DNA of 59,745 nucleotides from a virus (Duplodnaviria; Caudoviricetes): IMG/VR virus record IMGVR_UViG_3300017991_000121, positions 1 to 59,745 of that record; one strand, 5' to 3'. Shown piece by piece: positions 55,377 to 59,745 of this stretch (position 1 is its first letter; each line of letters starts with the position of its first letter). The notes under the pieces were generated by a model. It saw only the letters and a program-made list of their open reading frames with translations, ran no database searches and was not told where the DNA came from. The position numbers and the translations under genes were made by a program.

Positions 55377-56705
55377 ATGACCACCGACGCCATCACCACC
55401 GCCACCCTGGACCCCGCGATCCGCCGCAAGGCCCGTGATGTCCTGTCCGTTGCCCGCGCGATCTTCCGGGGTCGCGCCCCCTACTGGTACAACGCCCTGT
55501 GCAAGTTGATCGTGGTGGAGGCCCCCGGGCTCGCCACCTACGCCGTGTCGAGCCGGGGACAGCTCCTCCACGACCCCTCCACCACGGTCCAGTGGGCCGA
55601 CCAGTGGGGGACCGACACGATCGCCGGGGTCCTGGCCCATGAGGTGCTCCACATCATCCTGGAACACCTCCTCCGCCGGGGGAACCGGACACCCCGCCGC
55701 TGGAACATCGCCGCCGACTTGTTCATCAACTGCCTCCTCCGGGACGCGGGGTGGAAGCTCCCCCCGGTGGGCGTGTTCCCCGAGCAGTTCAAACACAAGA
55801 CCACCGGCGCCCCCCTGCCCGGCGGCCTGACCGCGGACGAGTATTACGACCTCCTCCCCGACTACGAGAACGACCAGGGGGGTGACGCGGACAAGGACGG
55901 GAACGGCCAGGAGGGCCCGTGTAACGGCGACTGCGGCTCCGGTGCCGGCGGTGAGGCCATGCCGGAGGAGCCGGAGGCCGGTGCCAACGGTGGGTCGGAC
56001 GGGGAACGGTCCCTGGACGAGCTTCGGAAGGCCGCCGAGGACGCGGCCCGTGAGACGGCCAACGCCGCCAAGTCCAACCCCGGTTCGGTGCCCGGTGCGA
56101 TGCGCCGGTGGGCGGAACAGGCCCTCAAGCCCCCGGTGGTCCCCTGGACGCAGGTGCTCAACCGGGCCGGGACCGCGGTGATGGCCAAGGCCGGACGGGG
56201 GCGCCGTTCCTACCGCCGGCCCCACCGCCGCCAGTCGTGCATGGGCGCCCATCCCCGGACCCCGGTCCTCCCCTCCAGGGAGACCAACGTGTGCGACGTG
56301 TGGTTCGCGGTGGACACGAGCGGCTCGATGTCGGCCCGGGACCTCACCCGCGCCGCCTCCGAGATCGACTCGGTTCTCCGCCGCCGGAAGGGCCGGGTGG
56401 CCACCCTGGCGTGTGACGCCGCGGTCCAGGGTGAGCCCAAGACCGTCAAGTCCATCCAGGAGGTGCTTCCCATGCTCCGCGGCGGCGGGGGGACGGACTT
56501 CCGACCGATCTTCGCCAAGGTGATGGAACAACCGGCCAAGGCCCGTCCCGACCTCGTGGTGGTGATCACGGACGGGTTCGGCCCCGCCCCCGAAACGGCG
56601 CCGCCGGGGGTGGCGGTGATCTGGGTGATCACGGAGGGTGGCCGGGCCCCGGTGTCCTGGGGGGAGATCATCCACATCAACGAGTCCAAGTTGCGGGCGG
56701 CGTAG
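55377..56705 (+). CDS. metallopeptidase-VWA domain protein (DUF2201-like)
   Basis: LAHEVLH, WNIAADLFIN, VDTSGSM MIDAS, GGGGTDFRP, VITDG. Confidence 0.85.
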   Translation: MTTDAITTATLDPAIRRKARDVLSVARAIFRGRAPYWYNALCKLIVVEAPGLATYAVSSRGQLLHDPSTTVQWADQWGTDTIAGVLAHEVLHIILEHLLRRGNRTPRRWNIAADLFINCLLRDAGWKLPPVGVFPEQFKHKTTGAPLPGGLTADEYYDLLPDYENDQGGDADKDGNGQEGPCNGDCGSGAGGEAMPEEPEAGANGGSDGERSLDELRKAAEDAARETANAAKSNPGSVPGAMRRWAEQALKPPVVPWTQVLNRAGTAVMAKAGRGRRSYRRPHRRQSCMGAHPRTPVLPSRETNVCDVWFAVDTSGSMSARDLTRAASEIDSVLRRRKGRVATLACDAAVQGEPKTVKSIQEVLPMLRGGGGTDFRPIFAKVMEQPAKARPDLVVVITDGFGPAPETAPPGVAVIWVITEGGRAPVSWGEIIHINESKLRAA

Positions 56706-56731
56706 TCCCGCCTGCGGGTGTGGTGCCCATG

Positions 56732-56765
56732 GACCCCCGGGGGATCGACCCCCGGGGGTCGCTTT
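56732..56765 (+). terminator. hairpin terminator after the VWA gene
   Basis: GACCCCCGGGGG-ATCGA-CCCCCGGGGGTC followed by GCTTT. Confidence 0.55.
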
Positions 56766-57165
56766 GTCTGGTGCCCCAGCACGCCCCGTCGAGCGAGCCC
56801 CATCCCTTCCCGGTCCCACGGTGGACCCCCGGGCACCCCGGGGCTCGCACGGGGGACGTGCGGTCCTGGACGAGGGTGGGGCCGGTAGCTGTCCGCCAAG
56901 GCTCCAGCAGACCCCCATTTCCAGCGTGCTGGGCCCCGCTCCAGTCGGAAGGGGAAGGTGAGACCCCTCCACCCGGGCCAGCGCCGGGGGGCCTGCGGAG
57001 CCTGCGGGGGCCTCGTGATCTGCCCCAGATCACCACTCCTGGCCGGGGTGGGCCCCTGGTGCTCGGAAGGGTACGCTGCCGTCTCGTTTGCGGGGTGCCA
57101 CGGGGTGCTCCCGTAGGGGGTTCGCAGAAGGCCCCGCACAGGGGTGCTGCACCCCGCGGTGATAC

Positions 57166-57186
57166 AGTTATTTTCACTTGATAACT
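57166..57186. promoter_or_regulatory. second operator-like site
   Basis: AGTTAT-N9-ATAACT, same GTTAT-N9-ATAAC core as the 53864 site. Confidence 0.55.
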
Positions 57187-57252
57187 AAACGGTAACGGTC
57201 CACCATGGTGACCCGGGGGTGGACCCCCCGCACGAAAGGAAACGACAGACCG

Positions 57253-58146
57253 ATGAACACCGCTACCGCCACCGCTCGCATGACTCACAAGGACTTGACC
57301 GTTGCCCCGGAGACCAAGGGTGCCGCCATTGCCGGCCGCACCGCATGGTGGGACCTCCGCGGCCCCGTGGGGATCGACCGCGTCCACGACGTGCTCACCG
57401 CCGCCGGGGTCCCGGAGGACAAACTGCCGGGTGCCCCCACGGTGGCCCCCCGCCTGTTCCGGGCGTGTGAGGCCGTTGCCGACCGCGACCAGATGGTGCG
57501 CCCCGTGAAGTCCGGGACGTTCCGCGGAGGGTACGCCCTCATGACGGAGGGCCAGGACGCCAACGGGTTCCCCAAGGGGGGCACCGCGCTCGCGGTACGC
57601 GCCAGCCGGGATGACCAGGGGGTCCTCACCTTGGAGTTCTCCGACGCCGCCCACCCCAAGGCCAAGGCCCTTGCCGCCGAGTTCACCCGGGCCGGCGAGA
57701 TGCTCACGGGCACGGACATCTCCGCCTGGCTCGCCACCACCCTGGTGCCTCTGTGCCTGGCGGTGCGCCTGCGCCAGTCCGGGGGGTTCTACTTCATCCC
57801 CGCCCCCCGGTGCGCCTTGTGGCTCGCCGCGGTGGAGGCCATTGCCTCGGTGACGGGGTGCGAGTTCTACGACCTGCCGGTCCACACCCAGGCCACCGCG
57901 ATCCGGGCCGCCGTCAAGGCCATCCAGAACGAGGCGGAGGAGGGGTTCGCCAAGGTGGCCAAGAGCCTCCAGGACGGGACCGGCCGCCGGGGACTCCGGT
58001 CCCGGGAGCGGGAGATGGAGGCCCTTGCCGCCAAGCTCGCGGAGTACGAGGCGGTGCTGGGGGTCACCCTGGACTCGGTGAAGGCCAAGGCCAAGCTGGC
58101 CAAGAACAACGTGGCGCAGGCCCTCCTGGAGGACGACGAGGACTAG
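57253..58146 (+). CDS. conserved phage hypothetical protein (DUF3150/DUF6744-like)
   Basis: WWDLRG...AVRLRQSGGFYFIP and coiled-coil end; AAGGA RBS. Confidence 0.65.
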   Translation: MNTATATARMTHKDLTVAPETKGAAIAGRTAWWDLRGPVGIDRVHDVLTAAGVPEDKLPGAPTVAPRLFRACEAVADRDQMVRPVKSGTFRGGYALMTEGQDANGFPKGGTALAVRASRDDQGVLTLEFSDAAHPKAKALAAEFTRAGEMLTGTDISAWLATTLVPLCLAVRLRQSGGFYFIPAPRCALWLAAVEAIASVTGCEFYDLPVHTQATAIRAAVKAIQNEAEEGFAKVAKSLQDGTGRRGLRSREREMEALAAKLAEYEAVLGVTLDSVKAKAKLAKNNVAQALLEDDED

Positions 58147-58161
58147 GACCCCCCGACCGAC

Positions 58162-58190
58162 CGCGGGCCCGGCACGACCGGGCCTGCGTT
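58162..58190 (+). terminator. putative terminator hairpin
   Basis: CGCGGGCCCGG-CACGA-CCGGGCCTGCG with only TT after it. Confidence 0.4.
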
Positions 58191-58218
58191 CGCTCTGGAC
58201 CCTTCGCGGAGGCCCCTG

Positions 58219-58812
58219 ATGCACCTATCACCCACCATCTACGACACCCTCACTCCCGTGGTCGAGCAGGCCGTGCGCGCCACGTCGCGCCGTTGGTCCG
58301 ACATGGACCCGGAAGACCTACGGCAGTTCGCCTGGCTCACCGTGCTGGAGAGCCTGCCCACGTTCGACCCCTCCAAGGGGAAGCTGGTCCACTACATGAG
58401 CCGGATCCTCAAGCGGAGCCTGCCCAACGAGGCCCGGCGCACCCTGTGCCCCGTCCGGGGACCCCGGAACAAGGAACACACCATCCCCGCCGCGGCCGTC
58501 CGCAAGACGAGCGGGGAAGTGGCCGACGCCGCACTGCTCGGCTGCGCCGCGGCGGTGTTCCGCCCCGATGTGGCCCTGGACGCCTACCGCATGGCCAAGG
58601 CGGCCCGGGAGGCCGTGGCCGCGGTGACCCGCGACCAGCCGGAGGTGGCCGCCGCGGTCCTGTCCGGGGGAGACATCGGCCCCCGCCACCTGGCCGCCGC
58701 GTTCGGCGGTGCCCCGGAGGACTACCAGGCCGCCACCCGTCGCGTGTACCAAGACCTGCGTGGTATCCTCACGGTGCGCCTGCGCCAGGACTTGCGTGAC
58801 ACCTCGACTTGA
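58219..58812 (+). CDS. sigma-70-like factor
   Basis: Region-2-like DPEDLRQFAWLTVLESLPTFDPSKGKLVHY; C-terminal HTH-like segment. Confidence 0.7.
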   Translation: MHLSPTIYDTLTPVVEQAVRATSRRWSDMDPEDLRQFAWLTVLESLPTFDPSKGKLVHYMSRILKRSLPNEARRTLCPVRGPRNKEHTIPAAAVRKTSGEVADAALLGCAAAVFRPDVALDAYRMAKAAREAVAAVTRDQPEVAAAVLSGGDIGPRHLAAAFGGAPEDYQAATRRVYQDLRGILTVRLRQDLRDTST

Positions 58813-59473
58813 ACCTGCCCTCGACCTAGCTCTCGTGGCGGATCCGCCGCGGAACCCCAACGACATGCGCCCCCACGAGTATGAACTGCTCGTGGGGGCG
58901 ATCCGCGCAGAGGGGTTCCTCCAGCCGGTGCTGGTGCGGGATCTCCTCCCTCCGGGAAGCTCCGCCGCCGACGCGCGAGATCCCGCGTCTCGTCTGTACG
59001 AGATCGTGGACGGGGTCCATCGCTGCCGCGCGGCCCGGGACGCCAACCTGTCCCACGTTCCGGCGGTGGTCCTCCCCATGGACTACCCCGAGGAGAAAGC
59101 GCGCCTCCTCCAGATCGGGATGAACCGTCTCCGGGGGGAGTTGGACTTGGTGGCCGTGGGGGAGACGCTCGCGGAGTTGAGCGAGCTTGTGCCGGACCTG
59201 GACCTTGCCCTGTCCGGGTTCACCGAGGCGGAGGTGGACGGCCTCCTGGCCGCCCAAAGCCCGATCAACCCCAACGACCTCCTGGGGGACGGGATGGACG
59301 CGCCGGATCCCGCCGACGCCCAGCCCGAGGCGGCGGTATTCATGCTGGAGATCCCCCTGGACTCCGCGGCGGAGTTGAAGGCCGCCAAGAAGTCCCTTCG
59401 CCGCGCGGGGGGCAAGGGGAACCGAGACTTGGCCAAAGGCCTCCGGGCGGCGCTAGGTCTGGGGGATGGCTGA
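58796..59473 (+). CDS. ParB/Srx N-terminal domain protein
   Basis: NPNDM...AIRAEGFLQPVLVR...YEIVDGVHRCRAA...NRLRGELD. Confidence 0.85.
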   Translation: MTPRLEPALDLALVADPPRNPNDMRPHEYELLVGAIRAEGFLQPVLVRDLLPPGSSAADARDPASRLYEIVDGVHRCRAARDANLSHVPAVVLPMDYPEEKARLLQIGMNRLRGELDLVAVGETLAELSELVPDLDLALSGFTEAEVDGLLAAQSPINPNDLLGDGMDAPDPADAQPEAAVFMLEIPLDSAAELKAAKKSLRRAGGKGNRDLAKGLRAALGLGDG

Positions 59474-59745
59474 CCAGTACGCGTGCATCGCCGCCGACCC
59501 CCCGTGGGCCGAGCGCGGCGGCGGAAAGATCAAGCGGGGCGCCGACCGGCACTACCCCCTCCTATCCACCCCCCAGATCATCCAGGTGATGCTGTCCGCG
59601 CCCGCGTGGCGCCCCGCCGACAACGCGCACTTGTGGCTGTGGGTGACCAACAACTTCCTGGCGGACGGCCTCCACGTCATGCAGGCCCTGGGGTTCCGGT
59701 ACGTCACCAACATGGTGTGGACCAAGATCAAGGCGGACGGGACAG
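59466..59745 (+). CDS. MT-A70 family adenine methyltransferase, partial (runs off the right edge)
   Basis: MADQYACIAADPPW...HYP...AHLWLWVTNNFL...LGFRYVTNMVWTK. Confidence 0.85.
   Translation, partial: MADQYACIAADPPWAERGGGKIKRGADRHYPLLSTPQIIQVMLSAPAWRPADNAHLWLWVTNNFLADGLHVMQALGFRYVTNMVWTKIKADGT

Noticed and set aside
1-59745. tRNA, CRISPR array, integrase, transposase, reverse transcriptase/DGR, intron or intein
   Set aside because: No such motifs or repeat-spacer structure seen by eye; terL and other core genes are of ordinary length

Overview
The whole window reads as part of a high-GC (about 70% by eye) tailed phage genome with a contractile tail; I see no host housekeeping genes, integrase, tRNA or CRISPR. 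Layout on the + strand: small accessory genes (0.2-7.1 kb); candidate fibre/decoration genes (7.1-13.2 kb); scaffold, major capsid and neck genes (13.6-20.6 kb); sheath, tube, chaperone, tape measure, baseplate and fibres (20.7-41.4 kb); lysis genes interleaved with a terminase small-subunit candidate (41.8-46.3 kb); terminase large subunit, portal and a 1220-aa MuF fusion (46.3-53.6 kb); then a putative early module with AAA+ ATPase, VWA-metallopeptidase, sigma-like factor, ParB-like protein and MT-A70 methyltransferase. Most notable: (1) a 101-aa ORF just upstream of the scaffold gene that looks like a circularly permuted phospholipase A2; (2) a MuF head protein carrying three HTH-like repeats and a C-terminal zincin domain, followed by a small Cys/His partner gene; (3) an AdoMet-decarboxylase-like protein lacking the self-cleavage serine; (4) a duplicated promoter/operator element and recurring leaderless-type promoters. 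All family assignments come from motif recognition by eye, not from database searches.
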